Sequence record: PZ179880.1
Direction: 5' to 3' (one strand)
Length of the DNA stretch: 64,000 bases
DNA from: a phage
Shown one piece after another: positions 1 to 10,835 of this stretch. How positions within the stretch are numbered: the stretch's first letter is position 1; every line of letters starts with the position of its first letter. The translations under genes and the position numbers were made by a program. Under the pieces are notes generated by a model, which searched no databases, was not told the DNA's origin, and saw only the letters and a program-made list of their open reading frames with translations.

Positions 1-359
1 AAGGCACCGGGAAAAAGAGCATTCAAATTAAATTGACGATTCAACAGAGCGTCAATAGAATCACCCAATGCTGTAACAGCTACAAAATTATAATCTTCCT
101 TTAATTTGTTAATTACACACAGGGCATCTTTATACGGAGACAAGTAACGAATAAAATCTGAACGATTGTATTTTTCAATTAACTTGACGCCAAGTTCTTC
201 GTCACAATTAAAGAGTTTACCTGGAGAAATAAATTTCTCATCTTGGATCATTTTTAAAATATGTTCTAATGGAAGATTATATTTCTGAGCAAAATAAGGA
301 AGGCCTGATTGCCAGCTTAAACATACTCCATCAATATCAGTCAAAATAGTTGGCTTCAT
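1..359 (-). CDS. HAD-superfamily hydrolase-like protein, N-terminal part (3' end outside window)
   Basis: Minus-strand frame from ATG at 357-359 running off the window start; N-terminal LTDIDGV resembles HAD motif I; ATGA overlap with upstream stop. Confidence 0.4.
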   Translation of the reverse strand, partial: MKPTILTDIDGVCLSWQSGLPYFAQKYNLPLEHILKMIQDEKFISPGKLFNCDEELGVKLIEKYNRSDFIRYLSPYKDALCVINKLKEDYNFVAVTALGDSIDALLNRQFNLNALFPGA

Positions 360-820
360 AGAGAGTCTCTTAATAGGTTTAACACATCAATAAATTCAGC
401 TTCGGTTAATATTGTATCATCTTTTGTTAGACCACTAGCCATGCTGTGCTTCAAAACTTTTCCTTTCGAGGCTTGTAATGCATCACGAAAGCCCTTGTTT
501 TGGATCGCTGCTTCAAAGTATGCATTTGTGTATAATTCTTTCCACGCTGGAGAGTATCTTGAAAACGGAACTCCAAGCCAGAAGAGGGTCCCACGGTCTT
601 GAGCTCTAGCATAAGACCTTCCAGCTTGTTGGGCGGCAAGCCCGGATAACCCAAATATACGACGTTGTTGTTCAACATTTTTCACCTTACATCCTTGAAG
701 GAATCCTTCGAGACCTCCAAATTGGATACCATCCATAACGAAAGGCCATTGGGCGAAATTGCTTAATGCACATGATGGCCATCTAAAATTGCTTCTTATC
801 TCTAGCTCAGACATTTTCAA
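356..820 (-). CDS. NADAR (YbiA-like) domain protein
   Basis: 154-aa ORF; segment SNFAQWPFVMDGIQFGGLEGFLQGCKV resembles the NADAR/YbiA signature; by-eye assignment. Confidence 0.45.
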   Translation of the reverse strand: MKMSELEIRSNFRWPSCALSNFAQWPFVMDGIQFGGLEGFLQGCKVKNVEQQRRIFGLSGLAAQQAGRSYARAQDRGTLFWLGVPFSRYSPAWKELYTNAYFEAAIQNKGFRDALQASKGKVLKHSMASGLTKDDTILTEAEFIDVLNLLRDSL

Positions 821-1013
821 TACTTATAATTTCAACATCAGCCCAATGACCATAGCAAGGAAGACGAAATTCAACTGGCCAGTTAGGGTCCTTTTCTAAT
901 ATAATAGACTTAACTTGTGGTTCTTCATGTTCATCGGTATACGGACCTTTATACGTTACTTTATATGTGACCTTAATGTACTGAATTCCAAAAATCTTAT
1001 TAATTATATTCAT
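807..1013 (-). CDS. hypothetical protein (68 aa)
   Basis: ORF in tightly packed minus-strand array, overlaps neighbours by a few nt. Confidence 0.4.
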   Translation of the reverse strand: MNIINKIFGIQYIKVTYKVTYKGPYTDEHEEPQVKSIILEKDPNWPVEFRLPCYGHWADVEIISIENV

Positions 1014-1207
1014 ACTAATTCCTTTAATCCATAGATAGGAGATAATTCATCACCCATACGAAGGTCTTCATTTCCATCTACCCAGGAAACAATATAAGCT
1101 TCTTTTATTTGAACGTCTCTCCATTTAAATGCAGGCAAAACCTTAGAAATTAATCCAGGTATACCGACTCCCTTTAATTCAACAGTTTGACCTAAAAAGA
1201 ATTTCAT
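1010..1207 (-). CDS. hypothetical protein (65 aa)
   Basis: ORF, ATGA-type overlap with upstream gene. Confidence 0.4.
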   Translation of the reverse strand: MKFFLGQTVELKGVGIPGLISKVLPAFKWRDVQIKEAYIVSWVDGNEDLRMGDELSPIYGLKELV

Positions 1208-1545
1208 TAGAACCTCATCTGAAAACCATGCGATTTAACATTACCACCACCAATGTCAGAAATGTTAATTTCACGCGCAATTGAAGGGTCAATGTCAATT
1301 TCACGGTTGAGTTTAGTGATAGCTAGAGTATCACGCCCATTTACAGTACGGAACTCTAAAGGGCAGACTACATTAACGTAGTTTTTAATCGATTCACTGG
1401 TAGGTTGCAAATGAGCAGGAAGGCCTTTAGGCGCCTTTGAGAAAACCACTTCACAGAAATTTTTGCGGGTATCAAAATAAGTAGTCATAAACATAGTATT
1501 TTCCTCAGTAAGGGGCCGAAGCCCCTGTTTTATTTTAAATATCAA
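1207..1545 (-). CDS. hypothetical protein (probable start at internal Met near 1500)
   Basis: ORF; GAGGAAAA Shine-Dalgarno precedes the internal ATG (MFMTTYF...); UUCG hairpin just upstream. Confidence 0.4.
   Translation of the reverse strand: MIFKIKQGLRPLTEENTMFMTTYFDTRKNFCEVVFSKAPKGLPAHLQPTSESIKNYVNVVCPLEFRTVNGRDTLAITKLNREIDIDPSIAREINISDIGGGNVKSHGFQMRF
1512..1525 (-). other. intercistronic UUCG-tetraloop hairpin
   Basis: GGGGC-UUCG-GCCCC 10 nt before SD of next ORF; T-run follows on plus strand. Confidence 0.45.
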
Positions 1546-1900
1546 ATTCGTTAAGAACTACATCAAAGATTGCTTCAAGATGCTCAGGTTTAGCTCTGTT
1601 ACTCAAAATATGACGAATCCAAGTTTTAACTAGAAGCTTACGATTGACGCCATTCCAGCAAGGATGAGTCCCTAAATCACGTTGACGAAAATCATCATCC
1701 AGAGCGATTTTGAAAGAAGAACCTTCTTTCGTGATTGAAACCGTGATGCCATTTTCAAATCGCATATAAACGTAGTTAGGAGTCATATACTGTTCAATTT
1801 CGCATACTGATCCATTTTGATGTTTCCAAAGGCAAATAGTATCAATAGAACCTGCAATACCGTTAGAAACATATTTACGTTCAAAGTTGATGTAGTTCAT
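1535..1900 (-). CDS. hypothetical protein (121 aa)
   Basis: ORF downstream of early promoter at ~1935-1966. Confidence 0.45.
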   Translation of the reverse strand: MNYINFERKYVSNGIAGSIDTICLWKHQNGSVCEIEQYMTPNYVYMRFENGITVSITKEGSSFKIALDDDFRQRDLGTHPCWNGVNRKLLVKTWIRHILSNRAKPEHLEAIFDVVLNEFDI

Positions 1901-1934
1901 TTTTATTCTCCAAGATGTTTAATTGCGGTACAGG

Positions 1935-1966
1935 TATATAATATCATATCCTGTACCAAAGTAAAC
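1935..1966 (-). promoter_or_regulatory. early promoter with stem-loop (PeSL-type)
   Basis: Minus-strand GTTTAC -35, 17-bp spacer, TATTAT; 8-bp inverted repeat GGTACAGG/CCTGTACC spans the -10. Confidence 0.5.
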
Positions 1967-1968
1967 AA

Positions 1969-2301
1969 TTATTTTACTACTTTCCAGTGCTGCATGTCAA
2001 GTTTGCCAACTTTTTTCATCTTCTCAATTAAGCGTTCTGCACGTTGGCGAGCTGTAACATAATACCATTCACCTAATTCATTTTGTTCAATTTTTCCAAC
2101 GATTACTGTATTCAATTCATAAATCCAACCAGTAAAGAAATTATGAACTTGGATTGTAAAGGTGAAATCTGTTCCCATACCTTCTGTTGTTTCTACTTCA
2201 ATAATATCACCTTCAACTGCCATTAAGAACCACATAGTTTCATCATATTTACCATTGAAGCATTTAGTTTTAACTGTAGCGTTCAGATTAATCGTTTTCA
2301 T
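1969..2301 (-). CDS. hypothetical protein (110 aa)
   Basis: ORF downstream of early promoter at ~2322-2358. Confidence 0.45.
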   Translation of the reverse strand: MKTINLNATVKTKCFNGKYDETMWFLMAVEGDIIEVETTEGMGTDFTFTIQVHNFFTGWIYELNTVIVGKIEQNELGEWYYVTARQRAERLIEKMKKVGKLDMQHWKVVK

Positions 2302-2321
2302 TTTATTCTCCTTTGTTTGTG

Positions 2322-2358
2322 TAAGATAATACTATCACAAAGGAACTATACTGTAAAC
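2322..2358 (-). promoter_or_regulatory. early promoter
   Basis: GTTTAC -35 and TAGTAT/TATTAT -10 on minus strand. Confidence 0.45.
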
Positions 2359-2382
2359 AACTTTGTGCAATCTTTGGAAAAT

Positions 2383-2406
2383 AAAAAAGGACTCCCGAAG
2401 GAGTCC
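2383..2406 (-). terminator. intrinsic terminator (UUCG tetraloop hairpin + U-run)
   Basis: mRNA GGACUCC-UUCG-GGAGUCC followed by UUUUUU; identical to 55795-55818. Confidence 0.65.
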
Positions 2407-2411
2407 TCAAC

Positions 2412-2588
2412 TTATGCTTTCTGCTTACCAAAACGAGAAGCATCATCTCGAAGAACCGCACGTGCTCGGCGCATGATCTTCTCAACAGTTTGATTGATAC
2501 GAGAGTTCGACCCACGCTTGTAACCAGCGCGTTTAGAATCACCAACTTTCTTTTCAACTGCTTTCTTTGCTTTAGCTTGTTTTGCCAT
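2412..2588 (-). CDS. small highly basic protein (58 aa from MAKQAK; ORF track extends to 2630)
   Basis: Lys/Arg-rich ORF followed by UUCG-hairpin terminator at 2383-2406. Confidence 0.4.
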   Translation of the reverse strand: MAKQAKAKKAVEKKVGDSKRAGYKRGSNSRINQTVEKIMRRARAVLRDDASRFGKQKA

Positions 2589-2827
2589 TATAAATTCTCT
2601 TTTAAATGAAAATGCAGGACTTATTGGCATTGCCTGCGAAAGCCCTCAAGGGGGTACTTAGGTTTTGAATATTTACCGACAGGATAACCATAAACCTCGT
2701 CAACATTCAAGAGGTACACCGTAAAACTGCCGGGGTCTTAAAACTATAATGATTCGCAAATCATTAATCAGACAGTTCGACGGCTCCTCGATTTTAGCTC
2801 ACACTAAGGCAGTGAATCTCCAATAAA

Positions 2828-3076
2828 TTACTTCAGTGTTACCACAAAGTGACGAACTGCTTTTCGTGCAGCAGAAGCCAGAGGCTTAGCATACTTAAGT
2901 TCATCTTTTTCCTGGAGCTCAGCAGCTAATGCAGTTTGAGCAGGATTCAGATGTTTGAAATAACGCAGGATTTCAAGAGCTTCGGCTTCAACATCAATAG
3001 ATGCGCCATAGTTTTCGTGACCATTATTCCATGCGTTTCGTTGCAGTTCAAGAGCGTGTTGTAATTGTTTAATCAT
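2828..3076 (-). CDS. rIII: lysis-inhibition accessory protein rIII
   Basis: 82 aa, position immediately downstream of gene 31 as in T4. Confidence 0.7.
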   Translation of the reverse strand: MIKQLQHALELQRNAWNNGHENYGASIDVEAEALEILRYFKHLNPAQTALAAELQEKDELKYAKPLASAARKAVRHFVVTLK

Positions 3077-3215
3077 TTAAAAATTCTCGTTAGAGATTAA
3101 AACTCGGTAGTCACGTTCTTCTGAATTTCATCTTCTTTCGACAGATCTCTCAGTTGTAGACTACCACATAGAATTGTTCGGTTAACTTATTATTCCGACA
3201 CCCAATTCATATTAT

Positions 3216-3223
3216 TATTTATA
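3216..3223 (-). promoter_or_regulatory. late promoter-like TATAAATA upstream of rIII
   Basis: Exact TATAAATA on minus strand abutting gene 31 stop. Confidence 0.4.
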
Positions 3224-3559
3224 TCACTTATAAAGACATGGAATAGCTTTATAGTGACAGGTAACGAATTTTTGTTTAATTTCTTTTGGCTGCTTAAGAC
3301 CCAGAGCTACAAAAGGATGCGGAACGTTTCGAATTTGACCAACTGGAAGAGAAGTCAAATCACCAACTTCGCAGAAACCTTCAGGAACATCAGGACCAAC
3401 AGAGTGAATTACACACAGTTCAGGAACTTCACCTTGAACACGTTTACCGATAATAAGTCCTGATTCTGTAACTTCTTCATCACCGGCTTGTGCAGGTTCA
3501 GAAACTAAAATAACATATTCACCGACAGCACGAATTGGTAGCTGTTGTACTTCAGACAT
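3224..3559 (-). CDS. 31: co-chaperonin gp31 (GroES-like) for capsid folding
   Basis: 111 aa; sequence matches remembered T4 gp31; synteny cd-31-rIII. Confidence 0.85.
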   Translation of the reverse strand: MSEVQQLPIRAVGEYVILVSEPAQAGDEEVTESGLIIGKRVQGEVPELCVIHSVGPDVPEGFCEVGDLTSLPVGQIRNVPHPFVALGLKQPKEIKQKFVTCHYKAIPCLYK

Positions 3560-3589
3560 CGTTTTTCCTTTTTGTTAACAGATGAATTA

Positions 3590-3616
3590 ATAATAACAAA
3601 TAATTCTTAAAGCATT
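3590..3616 (-). promoter_or_regulatory. MotA-dependent middle promoter for gene 31
   Basis: Minus-strand AAATGCTTTA, 12-bp spacer, TATTAT; ~30 nt before ATG. Confidence 0.5.
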
Positions 3617-3924
3617 TATTTACCAATAAATTGAAGCAAATGCTCAACTTTCATACCATTAACGGAAATCAATTTGTCAATAGAAAAACCTCGCCATGCA
3701 CCAAGCTCAACATCAAATACTGGAATCATATCAGTAGATTCTTTCCGAGTAGATTCAGTCAATTTACCAGTTTGCATGGTTGGCATAAAGTCAGCATCAC
3801 GAGTACCTTTCATAGTACGAATAGTACCATCAGACTTTTCAAAAACCACGTTTGAAATACCCATGGACAATTTAGTTTTCAAAATTTCACGAATTGCTAC
3901 TTTTTGTTCAGTCGTCAGTTTCAT
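3616..3924 (-). CDS. hypothetical protein (31.1-like position)
   Basis: 102-aa ORF between cd and 31. Confidence 0.45.
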   Translation of the reverse strand: MKLTTEQKVAIREILKTKLSMGISNVVFEKSDGTIRTMKGTRDADFMPTMQTGKLTESTRKESTDMIPVFDVELGAWRGFSIDKLISVNGMKVEHLLQFIGK

Positions 3925-4161
3925 TTATTTACCTATCACAGTTTTAATATGAGTTGTTCCACGTTCTTTAAGAGTGGAAAGCAATTTTTGGCATTTTTCT
4001 AAATCAGATTTCCAACTATGCGGTCTATCAATACAAACCCAGTTTGACTTATAATACTGCCTCCATTTAGAGAAAAAATACTTCTTATACTCTACAACAA
4101 ATGAAATGTTCTCGTTGGAATAAGAACTAATTGCTGTAAGTTGTACCAAACGAAATTTCAT
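3925..4161 (-). CDS. hypothetical protein (31.2-like position)
   Basis: 78-aa ORF, abuts cd stop. Confidence 0.45.
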   Translation of the reverse strand: MKFRLVQLTAISSYSNENISFVVEYKKYFFSKWRQYYKSNWVCIDRPHSWKSDLEKCQKLLSTLKERGTTHIKTVIGK

Positions 4162-4742
4162 TATTCACCACAGAATTCGTTGATATTTTCCCAGTTTAAC
4201 TTATTCAAGTTTTTCTTAGGAACATTAAACACTTCAATACCCGCATTTCGCAGAATATCATCCCAGCCAGGTTTATTTTTATCGTATGTTTCGCAATAAA
4301 CCAGCTTTTTAATTCCAGATTGAGCTATCGCTTTTGCACAATCTGGGCAAGGAGAAAGTGTTACATACATAGTAGCACCTTCAATTGAAGAACCATTTCG
4401 TGCAGCAAACAAAATCGCATTTAGTTCAGCATGAATTTCATTTTTAGACGACCATTCAGAGTGAGCGCTACGGTGTTCTTTCGCCAAGACAAAACGATCA
4501 GTTGAACCAAATGATACACATTCGGGCTTATGACCTTGAATGATAGTATGTTTAGGCTTATTCAGCAACCAACCTTGCTCGGCAGCATAATCACAGCAGT
4601 TCACACCACCTGCAGGTGAACCATTATATCCAGTAGAAATAATACGTCCATTCTTTTCAATTACTGCTCCTACTTTCCAGGAGCAACATTTTGATTCTTG
4701 TGATACTAAATATGCAATTTGAAGTACTGTACTCGCTTTCAT
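4161..4742 (-). CDS. cd: dCMP deaminase
   Basis: 193 aa; zinc-binding deaminase motifs HAELNAI and SPCPDCAKAI. Confidence 0.9.
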   Translation of the reverse strand: MKASTVLQIAYLVSQESKCCSWKVGAVIEKNGRIISTGYNGSPAGGVNCCDYAAEQGWLLNKPKHTIIQGHKPECVSFGSTDRFVLAKEHRSAHSEWSSKNEIHAELNAILFAARNGSSIEGATMYVTLSPCPDCAKAIAQSGIKKLVYCETYDKNKPGWDDILRNAGIEVFNVPKKNLNKLNWENINEFCGE

Positions 4743-5077
4743 TTCATAATCACCAGATAAGCAGATTTAGCAGTTTCAACACGATAAATTTCGTGACGAA
4801 GTTTAGTTATACTTTTAATAACAGAACTAATTATATTCTGCCCATCTTTAAAGCGGTTTTTCTTATCAATAAAAATTGCGCCAACCATCTTTTTGTGAAG
4901 CTCAACCGGATACTTCGTCACAATAATAGCATCATACACAGAAGGATGAATACTATTCACCAGAGTATCATTCATTAAAGTTATTCTAATGAACTGTGCT
5001 GTTTCAGAATCAAGCGCTCTATGATCGCCAGTATCATTTTCAAGACAATTATCAAATATATCAGTTAAATTCATCAT
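4739..5077 (-). CDS. hypothetical protein (112 aa)
   Basis: ORF, ATGA overlap with cd. Confidence 0.45.
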   Translation of the reverse strand: MMNLTDIFDNCLENDTGDHRALDSETAQFIRITLMNDTLVNSIHPSVYDAIIVTKYPVELHKKMVGAIFIDKKNRFKDGQNIISSVIKSITKLRHEIYRVETAKSAYLVIMK

Positions 5078-5313
5078 AGTACGCCATACACCCTTTGTGC
5101 TTCAACTAATCCATCAAAATCCAATTTGAGATGTGTTATTTGGTCACCATCACCTGGATTCACAATTACTAATGCAGAATCGATTGGAGTTTCGGTAATA
5201 ACACGAACCGACGTTTCAGGAAATCGTTCAGAAACCTTATTTACCAATTCTTGAGCAAATAGTTTAACTTTTTCTTGGAATTCTTTAACAGTAATTGGTT
5301 TTTCGCTTAGCAT
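5074..5313 (-). CDS. hypothetical protein (79 aa)
   Basis: ORF in overlapping array. Confidence 0.45.
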   Translation of the reverse strand: MLSEKPITVKEFQEKVKLFAQELVNKVSERFPETSVRVITETPIDSALVIVNPGDGDQITHLKLDFDGLVEAQRVYGVL

Positions 5314-5834
5314 GTTGATCCTAGCTCCTTACTTTCAACATTTTTAACTAATTTGACAGAAACTAATTCAGCATCTTGGGTAATCATTACCGGACCTTCT
5401 TCATACTCTTCAAGATATTCTAGAGCTTTCTTTTTAGCTTCTTCCTTCGTATCAGTTTGAGCATAGATATAAAACATACAACCAGTAATACCTACTACTT
5501 TCCACTTAATTTCTTTATCAGTTTTAATTTCAAATTTACTTACAGAATCATCTTTTTGAACTTCTTCGAAAAAAGAATATTCTAACATATAAGCAATTGA
5601 AAATAACGGGCTAACTTTATAGGATTCACCCATTACATCAACAGCTTTATACCAACAATCATCAATTTCACGTTTAATGCTAATAACATTTTTCGCAGGA
5701 TCTATTTTTACTTTAAATGAATTTTCCCCAATAAACTGGGCAATTCGTTTATTAGCCCCGCAAGTTTCATTAAAAATATCTTTATACCCAGTTTTAAAGC
5801 GATAAACCTTATCTTCTTCAAACCATTCGCTCAT
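5307..5834 (-). CDS. hypothetical protein (175 aa)
   Basis: ORF downstream of early promoter ~5856-5894. Confidence 0.45.
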   Translation of the reverse strand: MSEWFEEDKVYRFKTGYKDIFNETCGANKRIAQFIGENSFKVKIDPAKNVISIKREIDDCWYKAVDVMGESYKVSPLFSIAYMLEYSFFEEVQKDDSVSKFEIKTDKEIKWKVVGITGCMFYIYAQTDTKEEAKKKALEYLEEYEEGPVMITQDAELVSVKLVKNVESKELGSTC

Positions 5835-5855
5835 TTCAATTTCCTCGTTTGTTTT

Positions 5856-5894
5856 GGTAGAGCTATAATATCACAACTCTACCGTAAAGTAAAC
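5856..5894 (-). promoter_or_regulatory. early promoter
   Basis: GTTTAC, 18 bp, TATTAT. Confidence 0.45.
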
Positions 5895-5895
5895 T

Positions 5896-6201
5896 TTAAA
5901 TTGCTTTGAATTCTGATGTCTGTGATTCAAAGCGAATATCGCCTTTGATGACTAGCTCAGCATCAAGACCGAATACGACAATGATATGCGCGGAACCTGG
6001 ATACAACGTGATGGCAACAGAATCCACCTGGTCTGGAAGCAAAGTGTTCAATACATGAGTCACTTGAGCATGGATTCGAAGCTCAGCTGCGTTATCAAGT
6101 TTTTCAAACATATTATTAGCGATAATTTGGCTAAACACTACTTCTACGATTTTAGAGTAAGTCGGAAACATATTTACCTCACATAATTTTCTTCGAGCCA
6201 A
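5896..6201 (-). CDS. hypothetical protein (101 aa)
   Basis: ORF. Confidence 0.4.
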   Translation of the reverse strand: MARRKLCEVNMFPTYSKIVEVVFSQIIANNMFEKLDNAAELRIHAQVTHVLNTLLPDQVDSVAITLYPGSAHIIVVFGLDAELVIKGDIRFESQTSEFKAI

Positions 6202-6374
6202 TCAATAACATCCAAAGCGTTATCAAAAGTTGCGCCATCTACTTTGTCTTCTGTTTCATAATCAAGAACATCTAGGCCTACTCTTCCGTCAACAATAGGC
6301 CATAGACAAAATAGATATTTCTTTTCTTTTTCAATTTTATCACAAAGACGATAAATCTTTTCTAGGTTATTCAT
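6174..6374 (-). CDS. hypothetical protein (66 aa)
   Basis: ORF. Confidence 0.4.
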   Translation of the reverse strand: MNNLEKIYRLCDKIEKEKKYLFCLWPIVDGRVGLDVLDYETEDKVDGATFDNALDVIDWLEENYVR

Positions 6375-6563
6375 ACGTTTTCCATGGTAAAGGCAGTTTA
6401 GTTTTCTTTACTACTAGTTCAACATCAGGATTCTTTTCTCTTAATTTAAGGCATTCCTCCCATGCTCTATTTTCACTAGTAAATACACAAAATTGCCCAT
6501 TACTAGTACCAACTAAACCGCTATTTACAATAACAATAGCCCAAGTTTCATGATGTAAAGCCA

Positions 6564-6564
<1 letters not shown>
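6367..6564 (-). CDS. hypothetical protein (65 aa)
   Basis: ORF, abuts pseT stop. Confidence 0.4.
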
Positions 6565-7785
<1,221 letters not shown>

Positions 7786-7789
<4 letters not shown>

Positions 7790-8016
7790 TTATTTTTCTC
7801 AACCAATGATTGAATATAATCATGCAGATCTTTAGATGCTTTACCCCACTTATTTTGGTATTCATTTTTAAGATTAGCACGCGATTGAGCTAATAAAACA
7901 TCATTAGTTGGAGGTAAAGATTCTAATCGTTGAATCTGGCGTCCATAAATCATTGCAGCCATCTCGGATTCATAAATCAATCCTTTGAGATGTTCAAATT
8001 GATGCCATGAAATCAT
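7786..8016 (-). CDS. hypothetical protein (76 aa)
   Basis: ORF in overlapping array. Confidence 0.45.
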
Positions 8017-8312
8017 TTACATTTATCCTCTTTTAGCTCTTGACGATAATAACATATCATAGTTTTTTGGTCATGTACATATCGTTTTACATCATTAAGC
8101 CAAATACGAAATTCCTGGGAATCTTCAAATGGCATACCGACCCAAGCTTTACCATCAATAACTTTAACTTGCCAAGATAGTTTAGCTTCATCATATGACT
8201 TTATTTGTACAGGCCAATTAGGATGAACTGTTTCTTTCTTTACTTCTAAAGGCTTTGTCGAACAACCAACTAGAAGACCAATAGATAATATTACTGCCGA
8301 TAGTTTAATCAT
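8013..8312 (-). CDS. outer-membrane lipoprotein, probable o-spanin
   Basis: Signal peptide ending in lipobox LVGC; immediately downstream of TM/coiled-coil protein; matches T4 pseT.2 slot. Confidence 0.55.
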   Translation of the reverse strand: MIKLSAVILSIGLLVGCSTKPLEVKKETVHPNWPVQIKSYDEAKLSWQVKVIDGKAWVGMPFEDSQEFRIWLNDVKRYVHDQKTMICYYRQELKEDKCK

Positions 8313-8662
8313 TTAGAAAGGTCCTGGATGTCTTCTGCGAACTTGTTGAAGGAGTTGTTGATTTGTTTTTCAACCAATCCTGGCTTATGAGCCACCACAT
8401 CCGCCTTCTTTGCATCTTTGCGCAGTTTTTCATTTTCACGCTCAATAGCAGCAATTGCCTCACGATTTTTATTATTCATCGCATCAATATAATTATACTG
8501 AATTCGCAAATTATCTAATGCTAAAGCGTTTTCATTGGCTGTTTTTGTAATTTCAGTAACTGATGTTTCTAATCTTTCTACCTTATTTTTTAAAATAATA
8601 GATGTTCCGCCAAATGCTATTACAAGTAATAGCAATCCAGCTGTAAAATTACTTACATGCAT
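8309..8662 (-). CDS. N-terminally anchored coiled-coil protein, probable i-spanin
   Basis: N-terminal TM helix then charged helical region; paired with lipoprotein; matches T4 pseT.3 slot. Confidence 0.55.
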   Translation of the reverse strand: MHVSNFTAGLLLLVIAFGGTSIILKNKVERLETSVTEITKTANENALALDNLRIQYNYIDAMNNKNREAIAAIERENEKLRKDAKKADVVAHKPGLVEKQINNSFNKFAEDIQDLSK

Positions 8663-9159
8663 AAAGTTTTAATAACCTCTACAATATCGTCTTGAGAAAG
8701 ACCGTTAATTAAAATATGATGTTCAGCTGGAGATTTAGAAATTTTAAAGCATGCCTCAACATCTTCTGCCATATCCGATGCGCTACGATTTGGATTACTA
8801 ATTCCAAGACGATGTTTTCCCGTCAAAGGATTAACGATGATGTAGCATTTACAGCTATTAATGTGAACATTAGGTTGAGTCTGATTAATGAACACATCAC
8901 AATCGTATTTCGCAAGCTGATTTTCTAAAAAGACTTTCATCTCCTCAACCGCATCAGGAAGCATATCACGGGCTTGCTCAAGACGACGATTTCGATATTC
9001 TTTAATGGTCGTTTTCCGTTTGACTTGCTTAGCTAAATCTTTCTTAAGATCGGTGATATATCCAACTCGACGATTTCCTTTAAATACAGAAATCCCATCT
9101 GTAGTATCACCATATGCTTCAACGACCATCTCAGTAGTAATAAGCTGTAAATCCATCAT
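8653..9159 (-). CDS. alc: Alc, inhibitor of host transcription on cytosine DNA
   Basis: 168 aa; position between rnlA and pseT as in T4. Confidence 0.7.
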   Translation of the reverse strand: MMDLQLITTEMVVEAYGDTTDGISVFKGNRRVGYITDLKKDLAKQVKRKTTIKEYRNRRLEQARDMLPDAVEEMKVFLENQLAKYDCDVFINQTQPNVHINSCKCYIIVNPLTGKHRLGISNPNRSASDMAEDVEACFKISKSPAEHHILINGLSQDDIVEVIKTLCM

Positions 9160-9187
9160 AAAGTCCTCATGTTATGTCAGTAAGTCT

Positions 9188-9217
9188 ACTATAACACAAC
9201 ACGAGGGACTTGTAAAC
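9188..9217 (-). promoter_or_regulatory. early promoter upstream of alc
   Basis: GTTTAC, 18 bp, TATAGT. Confidence 0.45.
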
Positions 9218-9220
9218 AGC

Positions 9221-10808
<1,588 letters not shown>

Positions 10809-10816
10809 AATAAAAT

Positions 10817-10830
10817 GGGCCTTGCGGCCC
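10817..10830 (-). promoter_or_regulatory. hairpin between Shine-Dalgarno and start codon of denA (split RBS)
   Basis: mRNA AAGGAG-GU-GGGCC GCAA GGCCC-AUUUUAUU-AUG; hairpin would shorten a 23-nt SD-AUG spacing. Confidence 0.45.
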
Positions 10831-10835
10831 ACTCC

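Noticed and set aside
1817-2062. Plus-strand ORFs from the six-frame track that lie inside minus-strand genes (e.g. 1817-2062, 3254-3463, 4691-4978, 6955-7341, 9005-9433, 19367-19846, 45166-45465)
   Set aside because: They overlap well-supported minus-strand genes over most of their length, lack Shine-Dalgarno sequences and have low-complexity, Phe/Ile/Asn-rich antisense-type composition expected from AT-rich DNA.
10809-10832. ORF-track start of denA (GTG at 10830-10832) and N-terminal extensions of rnlA, ndd, rnh, gene 33, gene 56, dexA
   Set aside because: Downstream ATG codons with proper Shine-Dalgarno spacing give products matching the expected lengths of the T4 proteins; the extended versions begin inside promoters or hairpins.
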